Shown piece by piece: positions 1 through 10,689 of a DNA stretch of 64,000 bases. Source of the DNA: a bacterium (GTDB lineage: Bacteria > UBA8248); the NCBI GenBank assembly GCA_965204535.1, contig CBDBEV010000001.1, forward strand, positions 1,696,001-1,760,000, written 5' to 3'. Position numbers and translations under genes: made by a program. The notes beneath the pieces are model-generated. The model was not told the origin of the DNA. It did not search any database and saw nothing but the letters and a program-made list of their open reading frames with translations. Numbering within the stretch: the stretch's first letter is position 1; the number at the start of each line of letters is the position of its first letter.

Positions 1-979
1 GGCCGGACTCCGCCTCTTTCCAGCGCGAACCGCGCCGGAGGCCTTCTACGGGAAGGGGACGTCCGGGCCGTGATCGTGAAGCTCCTGCTGCTCCAGTTCG
101 CGGCGCCAAGCATAGCGGCCGGTGCGTGACGACCACTCGAAGTGCTCGTCTTTCCCGTCGGGCAGTTCATAGCGATGAAAGGCGGACCAATCCCCACCCC
201 GGGACCCCCGCCACAGGACGCACGATAGGGCCGTGAGGAGGCTCCAGAGGGCCGAACAGGCCCAGAACGGCCCCCACAAGGAGGCGGAGGCCGATGCCTG
301 TCGCGAGAGAGAGGATTGTGGCGAGGAGCGCCAGGGCGGGTCCCGCCAGAACGAGAACCCGGGTGGATCGGGATGGATTCCGGTTCGTCATGGGTCGCGC
401 CTCCGGTGCTGCAGGTGAGGGGAATGCGGGCGCCGCCCGGCCTCTCCGACCCGGCTCCCGCGCCCCCTCCCGTCCCGGCTCGGCTTCTCCGGGGCGAAAG
501 GTATGGCGGAGGACAGCGTCGGAGAGACGATGACGCGACGGGGCATTGTTCGAGAGTGCCGCGTCGCTGGGGTTGGACGGCTTGCGCAGGTTGCTGTTGT
601 GCGCGCGGGACCATCCTCGACCAAAGAGGAGAACTGTCGGCCAGATGGCGTCCGGACCCTGTAGGCGTCATGCTTTCAAGCAAGTGTTCATGAGCCGTCA
701 GTGACGATGGCTGTCCGGACCCTAAACTTCATGGACGTCTCTTCCCTGTGGCGCTTTCGGTCATACTGAAAGCAAATTGTCCATGTTGAAGATGAGGTTT
801 CGATTTATTTTCATGCATCATGCCGTTCTTTGCTGCGCGGAGGTGGAGAGAAACGCGGCTATGGCGAGTCTTTCGCAAGGGACGTATAGATATCCATTTT
901 TAATAGAAATAATCGGAGTCTGAACGTGATATGTGTCTTCGGATTGTGGGGATAAGGATTTTTTCAGGAAAATAAAAAT

Positions 980-1015
980 TGCATTATATTTGCACTTTAT
1001 AAATGCATTATATTT
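980..1015 (+). promoter_or_regulatory. Direct repeat TGCATTATATTT x2, candidate XRE operator/promoter region
   Basis: Identical 12-mers at 980-991 and 1004-1015 in AT-rich DNA ~50 nt upstream of the XRE gene. Confidence 0.4.
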
Positions 1016-1063
1016 TGATACTCATTGTCATATTAATTAACCTTTGATAAATGGAGAACTGAA

Positions 1064-1996
1064 ATGCAGATAAATCACATCACCCTGAAGAAACTCCGTA
1101 AAGAGCAAGGCTACAGCCAGGAGGAGTTGGCAGAGATAGCGAAAATTTCCAAGAGAACGATAGCGGAAATTGAAGGCGGAAAAAAAGAAGTAGGGACACG
1201 CGGCTCCACGGTGAGACTGCTCGCTGAAGCTTTACGCGTCGAACCCGAAGTGCTGGGTCAAGAACCTGAATCCGATGCGGTAAGGGAGGTGGAGATCAGA
1301 AAATACGGCTTGCGATTTGCAAATCTCCCCCTCAAGGATGAAACGATACTCTCGTATGATTTGATCAAGGATCGCTATGGCGTCGAGATGGGGCAGATCG
1401 TCAATGCCGCGCCGTTTCTCTTCACCCTGCTCGCCGAGATGAGCTTGGCCGACCGCCGCCGTCGCCTAAAGGAAGCGGAGGAGGCGATGGACGCCTTCAA
1501 CAGGGTTTGCCCGGAACATATCACGGGACGCTATTGGGATGGCTTCTCTGAAAAAGATTCCATCGCCAGGAGAGACCTTTTCGCAACCTTCATAGACTCG
1601 ATGGAAGCCGACATGGGTTATTACTCGGAAGAGCGCAACCCGTTCACTGATTACCTCGTCCGATTGGCAGAGGAGCTGGGTCCCAACGACGCAATCGACC
1701 CCGAAGAAATCCATTTTGATGCGGATGGATATCTCGATTACGTCCCTCTTTTCGAGGAATATGTTAAAGGCCTTACGAGTGGATCTCGCCGCGCCGGGTA
1801 TGCCCTGTCTCGCGGATTCGCACGCATCAGCCAAATCCCGAAAGAACTGGTAGATGAAGAAGCCGCTTCTGAGCGCAAAAAATGGTTGGAATCGAAAATT
1901 TCAGATACTGAATATGCTGAATATGAAGATGAAAGAATTCGGATCGCACAATTACTCGAAGAGGTGTCAAGCAAGGGAGGTGCGGATGATGTATAG
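1064..1996 (+). CDS. XRE-family HTH transcriptional regulator with extended C-terminal domain
   Basis: N-terminal LKKLRKEQGYSQEELAEIAKISKRTIAEIEGG is a classic HTH_3 pattern; GGAGA SD upstream. Confidence 0.85.
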   Translation: MQINHITLKKLRKEQGYSQEELAEIAKISKRTIAEIEGGKKEVGTRGSTVRLLAEALRVEPEVLGQEPESDAVREVEIRKYGLRFANLPLKDETILSYDLIKDRYGVEMGQIVNAAPFLFTLLAEMSLADRRRRLKEAEEAMDAFNRVCPEHITGRYWDGFSEKDSIARRDLFATFIDSMEADMGYYSEERNPFTDYLVRLAEELGPNDAIDPEEIHFDADGYLDYVPLFEEYVKGLTSGSRRAGYALSRGFARISQIPKELVDEEAASERKKWLESKISDTEYAEYEDERIRIAQLLEEVSSKGGADDV

Positions 1997-2342
1997 AACC
2001 AGACACGCCGAAACCCGTATGCGCCAGAGGGGAGTCCGATGGGCGGATATCGAGTTGGTTCTGAACTGCGGGACACAGCTCGCCCCCGACGTTTGGTTCA
2101 TGAGAGATGTCGACGCGAGCCGCGAGATCGCCGACCTGAAGCGTACGTTCCGGCGGATTGAACGTACGTTGCAAAAAGGGAAGCAACGGCTCGAACGCGC
2201 CCTGAAACGTAGGATACAGCGGCTCGAACGTCTGAGGGGTCTCCAGGTCATCGTCGTGGGTGAGGCGGTTCTCACGAGCTACAGGCCCAGCCTTGCGCAT
2301 CAGCGGCGGGCGCGCCGCATGGGGAAAAGGGATCGCTTATGA
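1986..2342 (+). CDS. Small basic DUF4258-like protein (possible toxin)
   Basis: ATG at 1986 after GGAGG; TRHAETRMRQRGV...IELVLNCG resembles the DUF4258 HAxxRMxQRGI motif; overlaps both neighbours. Confidence 0.6.
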   Translation: MMYRTRHAETRMRQRGVRWADIELVLNCGTQLAPDVWFMRDVDASREIADLKRTFRRIERTLQKGKQRLERALKRRIQRLERLRGLQVIVVGEAVLTSYRPSLAHQRRARRMGKRDRL

Positions 2343-3325
2343 GTGGCGTGGCGAACCCGTTCGAGGAACTCTGCCGCCTCGCTTCCTTGAGCCGCTGGTG
2401 CCAGAATCCCGCCTGCACGACCTGCGGGAACCGTCACCTGAGCGTGGATCTGGCGCTCATCGCGCATGGCGTTCCGATCGCCGCGTGGGACCATACGAAG
2501 ACGAGATGGCCAAAGGAGTTGGTTCCGTGGACTCGGTGGACGCTAGGAGCCGCTGAATCCGCGCGTCTCGCTGAAACCCTCGGCGACGCTGATCTAGTGG
2601 CGATGGGAAAGAAATTCAGGTCGCCTCTACTGGACTGCTTGGAACTTGTTCTAGTCCGCTCGGGGCTGTCCGAGTCGGATCGGGATAAGGTCGAAAAGGC
2701 ATGGAGTGAACGGCAGGGACGAGAGAGCAGAATGGAAAAAGAACAACGGCGCTTGAGTCTTTTGGAAAGCATCAGGCAAAAGCATCCGGACCTTGTTAAA
2801 CGCGACATAAAAAACAGATTCGAGGAGCTTTGCCATCTGGCAGCCTCGAACAACTGGAACTGGAGTATACGAACTCCCAATCTTCACCTGCGCGCCGGCC
2901 TGCTGCTTATTGCGCGCAACATGCCGTTTGGTGAATGGGATTACACGAAAGACCGGTGGCCGGATGAATTGCTTCCGTCCGGCCGGGGCAGACTGATTCC
3001 TCTCGAGGATACCGAATCCGCAATTCTTGCCGAAGTACTCTGCGCCGCTGATTTGGTGGCGATAAGAAGGGATGCTGTATTCCGTTGGCTTGAATCATCA
3101 CGTGGTGGCATCCGGGAGTATTGGCTGGGCTACTTGGGAGTCGCCTTGCACCGCTCCCGGTTTTTACCGCCGCACCGCGAGCGGGTCGGGAAGTCATGGC
3201 GGGCTCAATTGAATCGCATGGCCGGAAGCAACACGCCATGTTCGACACCCGTCTCTTTTGAGGAGCTTAAGACTTACGAATGGCGTTTATCGCAAGAACC
3301 CATAGAGGAAATATACGGGATATGA
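2339..3325 (+). CDS. Hypothetical protein with internally duplicated domain
   Basis: 328-aa ORF, ATGA overlap; NPFEELCRLAS...WDHTKTRWPKEL repeated as NRFEELCHLAA...WDYTKDRWPDEL. Confidence 0.65.
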   Translation: MSGVANPFEELCRLASLSRWCQNPACTTCGNRHLSVDLALIAHGVPIAAWDHTKTRWPKELVPWTRWTLGAAESARLAETLGDADLVAMGKKFRSPLLDCLELVLVRSGLSESDRDKVEKAWSERQGRESRMEKEQRRLSLLESIRQKHPDLVKRDIKNRFEELCHLAASNNWNWSIRTPNLHLRAGLLLIARNMPFGEWDYTKDRWPDELLPSGRGRLIPLEDTESAILAEVLCAADLVAIRRDAVFRWLESSRGGIREYWLGYLGVALHRSRFLPPHRERVGKSWRAQLNRMAGSNTPCSTPVSFEELKTYEWRLSQEPIEEIYGI

Positions 3326-3464
3326 GTTTCACCGCTCTGTATGGAGACATCACTTGGGAGGGCGCGGAATACGTTCGCAGGAGCTGGTATAAATAGGTTT
3401 CCTACCCCTACGCCACGCCTCTCTTCCTTACGCTGTCCGCTGCTTTATCCCATGCGTCCAACCA

Positions 3465-4334
3465 CTACGGGGCAGGGAGTCGACAATTGTCGCACGCACG
3501 GCTAATGGACACTTGTTGTCCGATCCTTTCGCAGTGGCTACAACCGTGTTTGCCAAAGAACCAAAGGGCAGGATCGAGCGCTGCGCAAGTATCGGCTATT
3601 CCTTGCGGTCCTCCGATCCTTGCACACTGAACCGCACTTTGCCAAGCAGACTGGATCTCCGGTTTAACTTCTTTGAGTTCAAGCCCCGAGGTGTCCGTCA
3701 CACCCAAGTTTTCGGTAGCCCGGCGAACGTGTACATCCACCGCTACAGGGATGGCGTCGATATGAGCGATTTTCGCCCCGCCCGGGTTCGCCATGATCCG
3801 CACCCACATCGGCCCAATCTTGGGACCACGAAGCATCGGATATCGTGGGCGACCCGCGCTATCGTGGCTGCGTAGCTCTTTCTGCAACTCCCTTGCATCG
3901 CCATTGCCGGAGTCGACCACCTGACACACTGAATCGCTTCCTGATGTCAAGCTGCATGCAATCCTGTGCCATGCTTCAGCGTCCGGCCCGTGGCGTTGGC
4001 TTACACCGCTTTCAAAAAGCAATGAAGTCAGCGTTTCGGCAGACATCGAAGACACCTGATCCGGGTCGAAGACCTCAGGATGCAGTTTGAAGAGGCTAAC
4101 GCCCGCACACCAAAGCCGGGTGGCGTCTCTCGCACGATCCATGGCCGAAACGAAAGTCAGAAACAATCGGAGTGAACGCTCAGACGTGCCGAAGGCTCGG
4201 AGTTTTTGCGCGCATTCAACTTCTGGCACGAGCGACCAATTGGTACCCAAAACCTCTCCTCTTTCCGAGAGATCAAACCGGTCATTATAGAAATCGTCAG
4301 CAATCATCTTGGCCAGTTGCGCGGTGTCAGGCAT
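3465..4334 (-). CDS. HhH-GPD/endonuclease III-like DNA glycosylase superfamily protein
   Basis: LRGPKIG HhH-like segment, PVAVDVHVRR catalytic-Asp motif, LWFFGKHGC and C-terminal CxxC...CxxC. Confidence 0.7.
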   Translation of the reverse strand: MPDTAQLAKMIADDFYNDRFDLSERGEVLGTNWSLVPEVECAQKLRAFGTSERSLRLFLTFVSAMDRARDATRLWCAGVSLFKLHPEVFDPDQVSSMSAETLTSLLFESGVSQRHGPDAEAWHRIACSLTSGSDSVCQVVDSGNGDARELQKELRSHDSAGRPRYPMLRGPKIGPMWVRIMANPGGAKIAHIDAIPVAVDVHVRRATENLGVTDTSGLELKEVKPEIQSAWQSAVQCARIGGPQGIADTCAALDPALWFFGKHGCSHCERIGQQVSISRACDNCRLPAP

Positions 4335-4416
4335 TAGAGGAACTCATGATAGACAAGTGTAGCATTATCATAATTATCCAGTTGAATAACCATATTGCAA
4401 GATGTAGTGTTGCGCA

Positions 4417-4935
4417 ATGGACACGAAGAACTGGCTTTGCTCACTTTTGGCATTATGCAATATGTTTCTGTTTGTCTTGGGCGTTCCGGGACACATTGAT
4501 GATGCAAAGGCCTGGGGCGAAGCCATGAAAGACTTAACACTGTTCCATTACGTATGGGGTTTTTTGACCGTTTTGCTCGGCATTTACGGAACATCTCCGG
4601 TTTGGATGAAATTGCTTGGTTTGTCTCCTGAGAATACGATAAAAAAAGCCTTAAAAACGGGGCTGGCTGTAGAATATGAGGAAATATGTAAATGGAGAGA
4701 TGTTTTGCATGACGCACACTTGAGGGAAGGACTGCACCAAGGATCGATAAACTGGCGCATGGCAGTTCGAGGCCTCATTCTCGTTTGTGAAAAGCATTCA
4801 ATTCCGCACCCAGGGCCTCTATCGTTTAGGGACGATAACAAGAACCTTGAGGAATGGCGAAGTTTTTCATCAGACCTAGCTTTCTTTGCGAAAAACAACG
4901 ATATCGAAGAAGCTCGGGACTTTTGGAATGCTTAG
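4417..4935 (+). CDS. Hypothetical membrane protein
   Basis: 172-aa ORF with two N-terminal hydrophobic segments. Confidence 0.5.
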   Translation: MDTKNWLCSLLALCNMFLFVLGVPGHIDDAKAWGEAMKDLTLFHYVWGFLTVLLGIYGTSPVWMKLLGLSPENTIKKALKTGLAVEYEEICKWRDVLHDAHLREGLHQGSINWRMAVRGLILVCEKHSIPHPGPLSFRDDNKNLEEWRSFSSDLAFFAKNNDIEEARDFWNA

Positions 4936-4939
4936 ACGC

Positions 4940-5443
4940 TCACCTTTTCCACCGCTTGTTGCACGCTTTTTCGTTTACGCGGAGAAACTCAGCGATGAAT
5001 TTGTCGATTTGTTGCGAAAGCACAGGGAAAATTCGGGCTTTTGTTCTCCCTTTACCGCTTACGCCAGTTTGCCAAGTTGTTGTGGGAAGCTTCACTTTAG
5101 AATAGTCGTCATAAAGCAACTTGCTAAAAAACATCCAAACGTAAAAGTCATTACTGGAAACGTTAACTCCCACATAAATGCTGTGGGACAAGTTTCTTGC
5201 TTTTTGAGAGTCGCGATAAAGGCGAGCGGCGCGAAACCGGCTTTCAACGATATATCGAATCGCCTTTTCGCTGAACTTGGGCTTTGGGTCTTTCGGGGCG
5301 TTCAGTTCTACCGATACAAACATCGGCTTGCATTCAGCGAAAAGCATGAATCTTTGGTAATTAACCGATTTGTTGGATATGTCCATTGCCGACACTGGCG
5401 ACGTCAAAAGAAGCAAGACGAAAACACCAAGCAATTTACGCAT
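4940..5443 (-). CDS. Hypothetical exported protein
   Basis: Signal peptide-like MRKLLGVFVLLLLTSPVSA. Confidence 0.6.
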   Translation of the reverse strand: MRKLLGVFVLLLLTSPVSAMDISNKSVNYQRFMLFAECKPMFVSVELNAPKDPKPKFSEKAIRYIVESRFRAARLYRDSQKARNLSHSIYVGVNVSSNDFYVWMFFSKLLYDDYSKVKLPTTTWQTGVSGKGRTKARIFPVLSQQIDKFIAEFLRVNEKACNKRWKR

Positions 5444-5675
5444 AGCACATCCCCATTGCCGAAAAAATTTGTTCCTTTCGGCGCAGTTTCATTGTCTCGA
5501 GTGGTGGGGTGTGTTAAGCAGGGAGTCCAATCTGTTGGATGATGACTAACCCCACCATGCCGGAACCCTCGTTGGCGCGGGAGTTTCGGCGCATTTATAT
5601 TTCATTCCCTATTCGCAATTGTCGCACAGTCAACGGCGTATTCGATAAAATAGCAGATATTTCTGGGGTAAGTTA

Positions 5676-8600
5676 ATGGAGTCTTTCAAAAACACAACGC
5701 CCGATCCTAACTATGATGTGGCTGCTGCGCTCCTGGCGAACTTTGCGGCTGACGACATGCGCGAAATCAGAGGGATGGTCTTGCGTCTAGCGCGCGTGAG
5801 CAAGCGTCTTGAGAAATTCAGTTTTCCTCTAGTAGCTCAAAGTCTGGCCAGTTTGCTTATACGCCCCGAGAATCATACCGCCACCGCGCGAATTGAGGCA
5901 TTGATTCATCTGGCTGCGTTTGCCTGTCGAGGCGAAAAGGGACCGACACCAACCCAAGTGAGCGAATGGTTGAACGTCATGGTCTACAAGGATCCGATCA
6001 CGGAGCTTGAGGGCCCCGTAGAGGATGTCTTCGTTTCGAACGTTGCCACTTGGTTCGGAAATGTCCGGTTGTTTGAGGGGCGCTGGCAAAACAATGGGGA
6101 CTATATGCAGGCCTGCATCCTAGCGATGTACAGGGTCGCGGAACATTCGTGGGCAGCGGAAGCGTTTCGTTGCATCATGGCCTTGTTTCGGGTCAGCGAG
6201 GCTGTTGCTGAACGCGCCAAAGTTGATCGGTATTTACGCACGGAAAGCAGTCCGAGAGCAAAGATCGCACTAAATTTCTCAAATGCCACGGAAACCACTG
6301 GGTATGTGAGTTTCAGTCGCGAAGAGTTGATCGCCATCGGTGTCGATCCCGTAGATCTCGATCCCTTCGTGTTTCAGGAGGAACATGCAGACTTGCTCGT
6401 GGAACAGTCTATCGGGCATACGGCGTTGGAACGACGACCCTTGGTGAGATTAGGAGGCCGGACGATAGTTGTGCTACCTACTGCTATCGGCGCGGCGATC
6501 AGGCGATTTGTTATTGAACGTGCCGAAGCGGCAGGCGACCTAGACATATTCCAGTCAGCATGCCATCAGGCGCAATATGGCGAAGTCTTTCTGTTAGGCC
6601 GTGCGGCGTGGGAAATCGAATTCATCAAGGCGCTGCAACATGATCCCGACGACGATTTGAGGGAGTTCGTGGGAACTTTCGACGACGGCGGGTATGTCCA
6701 TCTTATCTTTGTTCCCGATGATTTTGGAGAAATAGCCCGGGATGGATTTGTAAGCACTCACAAGCTCAAGGGCATGATCAAGGACCGAATCCATGATCGG
6801 GCGGCCTACCTAGCGGCCAAGCCAGACTATCGCCGGGGATTGACCGTGCTGGTTCATGGTGGCATTGGTCGCGAGTTTTCCCCGCCTTGGGGAGAGCTTC
6901 CAAGCGGTTGGCATCAACTGTGTTTGTCCGCACCTGACTTCATGCTCCTGGGAAATGAATCCGAGTTTACGGCCCTGCGTGCCTGGAAATTGCTTCAACA
7001 GGTGGACGATCTGGAAGCAAAAGGCGTCGTCTTTCCGAACCTGCGCGGGTTTTTAAACTTGGCGGCTTTCGCTTACTACGGCGACTTTGAACTCGTACCA
7101 GTGAATATGAGCCTCGCTCCAATCTATCTGCACAGCGACTTTATTTTGCCTCTACGCCACAGAGTGCGAACTGCTCTCGACCAGCACGCAGTGTTGGCTC
7201 CCGATGGCAAGTCATGGGTCAGCGTCCAGCGTGAGACGACGAGCGGCTTCCTCGGCCAAACGCAAGGAAGACCGGTTTTCATCAATCCTGGGTATATGGC
7301 TCAACACAAACTTCTGGCATGTGTCGAAACCAACGCACGGCCGTGGTGGGTTCATTGTAGTGAGTTACCGGAGTCCAGATGGCATCGTGGCATGGTGTTC
7401 AACATTCTGGAGTTGGTTCTCGGCTGGCTGGTTCGCTTGAGTCCATTGCTTGAAGAATGGATATGCTCGTTGCCATCGGGACCTGTCACTTTCCAGTTCC
7501 GGTTTCCAGACATAGAGATTTTGAGTCAAAACGATATACAGACGACGAAAACGCCTTCAGCGCCAACGGTTGCGGTTGAAGATGGGCAGATCGTAATCGA
7601 CTGCACGCTGCTCTATCTTCGGAGTTTCCTGAGCGCTGCCAATACGGGTGACCGCTTAATGATTAGTGCAATGATGCGAGGCGTGCATGAGCTTTGCGGC
7701 AATCTGGCACCCTCAGATACCGAAATGGGAGAATTGGTGCAAACCGTGGTGGGTTCGGAAGACGCACGATTCTTCCAAATGACTCCCGGCAGAACACCCC
7801 AGGATATGATCTATGACGTAGCTGCGCTTCCAATGCCGCGCTTGGTGATGCCGGAGGATCAAGCATGGAGTCGCCTCGACCTCGTACGTAGGGCGGGATA
7901 TGAGGCCGCACCAGGCCCTATTCCATTGGGCAAGGCCCAAGCGACCCTTGGAAAGGCGGTGGATTGTGTTTGGGAGCGCGCCAGGTCTCGATTGAGCAAC
8001 TTGAACCGGGAAAGCGTGATAGAAAGTTCTCTTCTGAATTTCATGGCTATCCAGAAGGAACACAGGGATTGGCTCCGTTCAGCGGCGGCGCAGCTTGCGC
8101 TCCACGACAATGACGAGGTGCTGGCGGCCGCAAACGAACGTGGCTTTCGACGGGATATTGCTGGTCTGTCTTGCCGTGTCATTTCAGAGATGGCGTTGTG
8201 CACATCGCCCTATCAGGACGATTCTTCCTGCACAGGAGCGGACTTGGACTTCCTGATAGCAGAGGTTGCGACGCTTCTGGAATGTGCCAGTCATAGTGAT
8301 GCACTGCGCTACTGCCTGGCGGCAGGACAACCAAGCATGCTCCCCAACGGATCTTTCGATTTCGATCCTTCGACAGTTCAGGCGATAAAACAACTTCTGA
8401 ATGAATATGGCAAGCGAACATTTCAAGATGCAGCGCTTGAGCGCGGCACCGAATTTGGAGGTGGAGACGAAGTTGCAGATGCGGACTTCGAAGCGGCGTT
8501 TATCGCCGAGTTTGGGCTAAGCATGGATCAATATGGGAAGTTCGTTCTTGATGTAACACTGGAAGCCCTGGAACATGGCGAAGCTCTCTTTCAGCTTCGA

Positions 8601-9404
8601 AGAAGTGAGGTGATTCAGCGGCTACGAGAGGTAGGCACTATGAATCCGGAGCGGGTTTTCGAGGCATTCGCCCTCAAGCCTAGGGCGCGGTGGGATGAGA
8701 AAAATCCGACAAACGCCAAAGAAAGAGACTGGTACCCTTGGCGGTACAACAGGCGTCTGTCGATTCTGCGGCGCCCTCTCGTGCAATTATCGATGGAGGA
8801 CGACCCGGTCGTGCTCGTGATGCCGTCGATTCTTGGAGGCACACTGGATTACTTGCAGCAAGCGTCATTTGGCCGACTGCCCGTAGAACTTTTTGACAAC
8901 CCCGAGATGGCTTCGTGCATCGGGCGTGCGGCTGACAGGAACGGACGTGATTTCAACCGAAGGGTTGCCGAGCGATTTGACCACCTGGAATGGAAGACAG
9001 AGCAGGAAGTAGCTCTCACCCGGCTCGGTGGCGCGGTGGAACTCGGCGATATTGACGTCCTCGCATGGCGGTGCGACACAGGACTTGTCTACGTAGTCGA
9101 GTGCAAGAGTCTCCGGTTCGATCGCACCTGTGGTGAGATCGGGGAACGTCTGGCGGAATATGCTACCGGCACCGTTGACGGTAAGCGCACTCCATTACAG
9201 AAGCATCTCGACCGTATTTCATATCTCGAAGGCAACAGGGAACGGCTCTCACATCTTACGGACATCTCTCTTGAGAAGTTACAATTGCGCTCGGCACTGG
9301 TCACCGAGAAGCTTGTTCCAATGCAATTTACCGGAAGAGCTCGGGAGATGTTGAACATTGTTACGGACTATGAGTTGCTTGAGGAAGTAATTGTAAATCA
9401 GTGA
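5676..9404 (+). CDS. Large protein with C-terminal PD-(D/E)XK (NERD-like) nuclease domain
   Basis: 1242-aa ORF; C-terminal GDIDVLAW...VYVVECKS nuclease motif. Confidence 0.75.
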   Translation: MESFKNTTPDPNYDVAAALLANFAADDMREIRGMVLRLARVSKRLEKFSFPLVAQSLASLLIRPENHTATARIEALIHLAAFACRGEKGPTPTQVSEWLNVMVYKDPITELEGPVEDVFVSNVATWFGNVRLFEGRWQNNGDYMQACILAMYRVAEHSWAAEAFRCIMALFRVSEAVAERAKVDRYLRTESSPRAKIALNFSNATETTGYVSFSREELIAIGVDPVDLDPFVFQEEHADLLVEQSIGHTALERRPLVRLGGRTIVVLPTAIGAAIRRFVIERAEAAGDLDIFQSACHQAQYGEVFLLGRAAWEIEFIKALQHDPDDDLREFVGTFDDGGYVHLIFVPDDFGEIARDGFVSTHKLKGMIKDRIHDRAAYLAAKPDYRRGLTVLVHGGIGREFSPPWGELPSGWHQLCLSAPDFMLLGNESEFTALRAWKLLQQVDDLEAKGVVFPNLRGFLNLAAFAYYGDFELVPVNMSLAPIYLHSDFILPLRHRVRTALDQHAVLAPDGKSWVSVQRETTSGFLGQTQGRPVFINPGYMAQHKLLACVETNARPWWVHCSELPESRWHRGMVFNILELVLGWLVRLSPLLEEWICSLPSGPVTFQFRFPDIEILSQNDIQTTKTPSAPTVAVEDGQIVIDCTLLYLRSFLSAANTGDRLMISAMMRGVHELCGNLAPSDTEMGELVQTVVGSEDARFFQMTPGRTPQDMIYDVAALPMPRLVMPEDQAWSRLDLVRRAGYEAAPGPIPLGKAQATLGKAVDCVWERARSRLSNLNRESVIESSLLNFMAIQKEHRDWLRSAAAQLALHDNDEVLAAANERGFRRDIAGLSCRVISEMALCTSPYQDDSSCTGADLDFLIAEVATLLECASHSDALRYCLAAGQPSMLPNGSFDFDPSTVQAIKQLLNEYGKRTFQDAALERGTEFGGGDEVADADFEAAFIAEFGLSMDQYGKFVLDVTLEALEHGEALFQLRRSEVIQRLREVGTMNPERVFEAFALKPRARWDEKNPTNAKERDWYPWRYNRRLSILRRPLVQLSMEDDPVVLVMPSILGGTLDYLQQASFGRLPVELFDNPEMASCIGRAADRNGRDFNRRVAERFDHLEWKTEQEVALTRLGGAVELGDIDVLAWRCDTGLVYVVECKSLRFDRTCGEIGERLAEYATGTVDGKRTPLQKHLDRISYLEGNRERLSHLTDISLEKLQLRSALVTEKLVPMQFTGRAREMLNIVTDYELLEEVIVNQ

Positions 9405-9994
9405 TTGTAGTCGTCTGCACTTGGGAGGTGTACCCGAATGAACATCGCGGTTGCAGAAAAACGTTTATTCCGTTGCGCCGTGGTGTGGTGATTCCTGCGC
9501 CTTGCGGATGTCTTTGACGAGTCCGTCCAAGGTTTCACCTCATTTTCCCTGGGTCATGCATTTGCATGGAATTCATTCCGGGGGCGCTCACCCGGGCGGT
9601 TAGGTACAGCGAGATTGCGCCCCGTCGCGCTCTTTGCGAACATGCATGCTAGCATGCGGTTCTCTTCCGGGAACAAAATATGGAAGTCCGGTATCGCGCG
9701 GTTTGTGCAAGAGGCGCTTGTGAAGGCGCTCCAGAGCGTTCTCGCGAGGGGGAAATGCTTTAGTGCCCGAGATTTGACGAGCACTCGATCGGGAGCCGGA
9801 CGGCGCTGCGGCTTCCGGTAAATTCTTGCACATAGGCTGCCGGGGGGTGTCAGGCGGCGACGGAATTACGGCTTTCATGCGGTGTTGCTATAGTGTTGAT
9901 TCGATGTCGGATTGAATGATCGATCATATCTCCATCCATGCAACTTATTGTAATAAATTCGCTTACACAATACCCTCTGCAGGAAATTCCCTAG

Positions 9995-10350
9995 ATAGCC
10001 AAATCGCCAACCTGTCCATCGCCACGGACGAGGGCTACGTCGACAAGCAGTCCGGCGAGCGGGTGGACAAGACCGAGTGGCACCGGGTCGTCACCTTCCA
10101 GCCCGGGCTGGTCGACATGTTCGAGAAGCACGCGAAGAAGGGCCGCCTGGTCTACATCGCGGGCAAGCTGCAGACCCGCCGCTGGAAGAAGGACGAGGAG
10201 GACTCCGATCGGTTCTCGACCGAGATACTCATCGCGCCTGGCGGGCGCATTCAGTTCCTCGACAAGGTGAACGGGAACGGCAATGGCAACGGCGCGCACG
10301 CCGAGGCGACGGTGCCCGCAGGCGTAGCCGGGGACGACATCCCGTTCTAG
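9995..10350 (+). pseudogene. ssb: Single-stranded DNA-binding protein, 5'-truncated
   Basis: IANLSIATDE...KTEWHRVV...KGRLVYIAGKLQTRRW and C-terminal DDIPF tail; the normal N-terminal strand is replaced by unrelated AT-richer sequence, with a composition switch near 9995. Confidence 0.8.
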
Positions 10351-10355
10351 GCTCA

Positions 10356-10392
10356 GAAGGGGTCGGCGCTTCGGCGTCGGCCCCTTTTTCTT
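10356..10392 (+). terminator. Rho-independent terminator after ssb
   Basis: GGGGTCGGCGC-TTCG-GCGTCGGCCCC hairpin followed by a T-rich tract. Confidence 0.7.
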
Positions 10393-10689
10393 TGCTCCTT
10401 ATCCAGAGGAGGTCCGCTCTGTCGGTCCTCTCATCTACCGGGAACACCCGGTCAATCCTCCGGTTCCGTGAACGATGAACCGTGTTCCCGGAAGATCGGC
10501 TTGCACCTGCAATCATCCCATAATTCCAGACAGTGGCTCGGTCCACCCCCCGCTGCGGGAATTTCGGGCCGGAAAAACGGCCCGAAATGACCCTTTCCGC
10601 AGCATGAGAGATTGTTTCCCGATGAGCTTCGCCTTCATCGTGAAACACCAAAAGCTCTTGTGTCCCGGTGGCGGTACTACCCTCTCTCT

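Noticed and set aside
46-693. Short overlapping ORFs at the window start
   Set aside because: No recognisable motif or start signal that lets one frame be chosen
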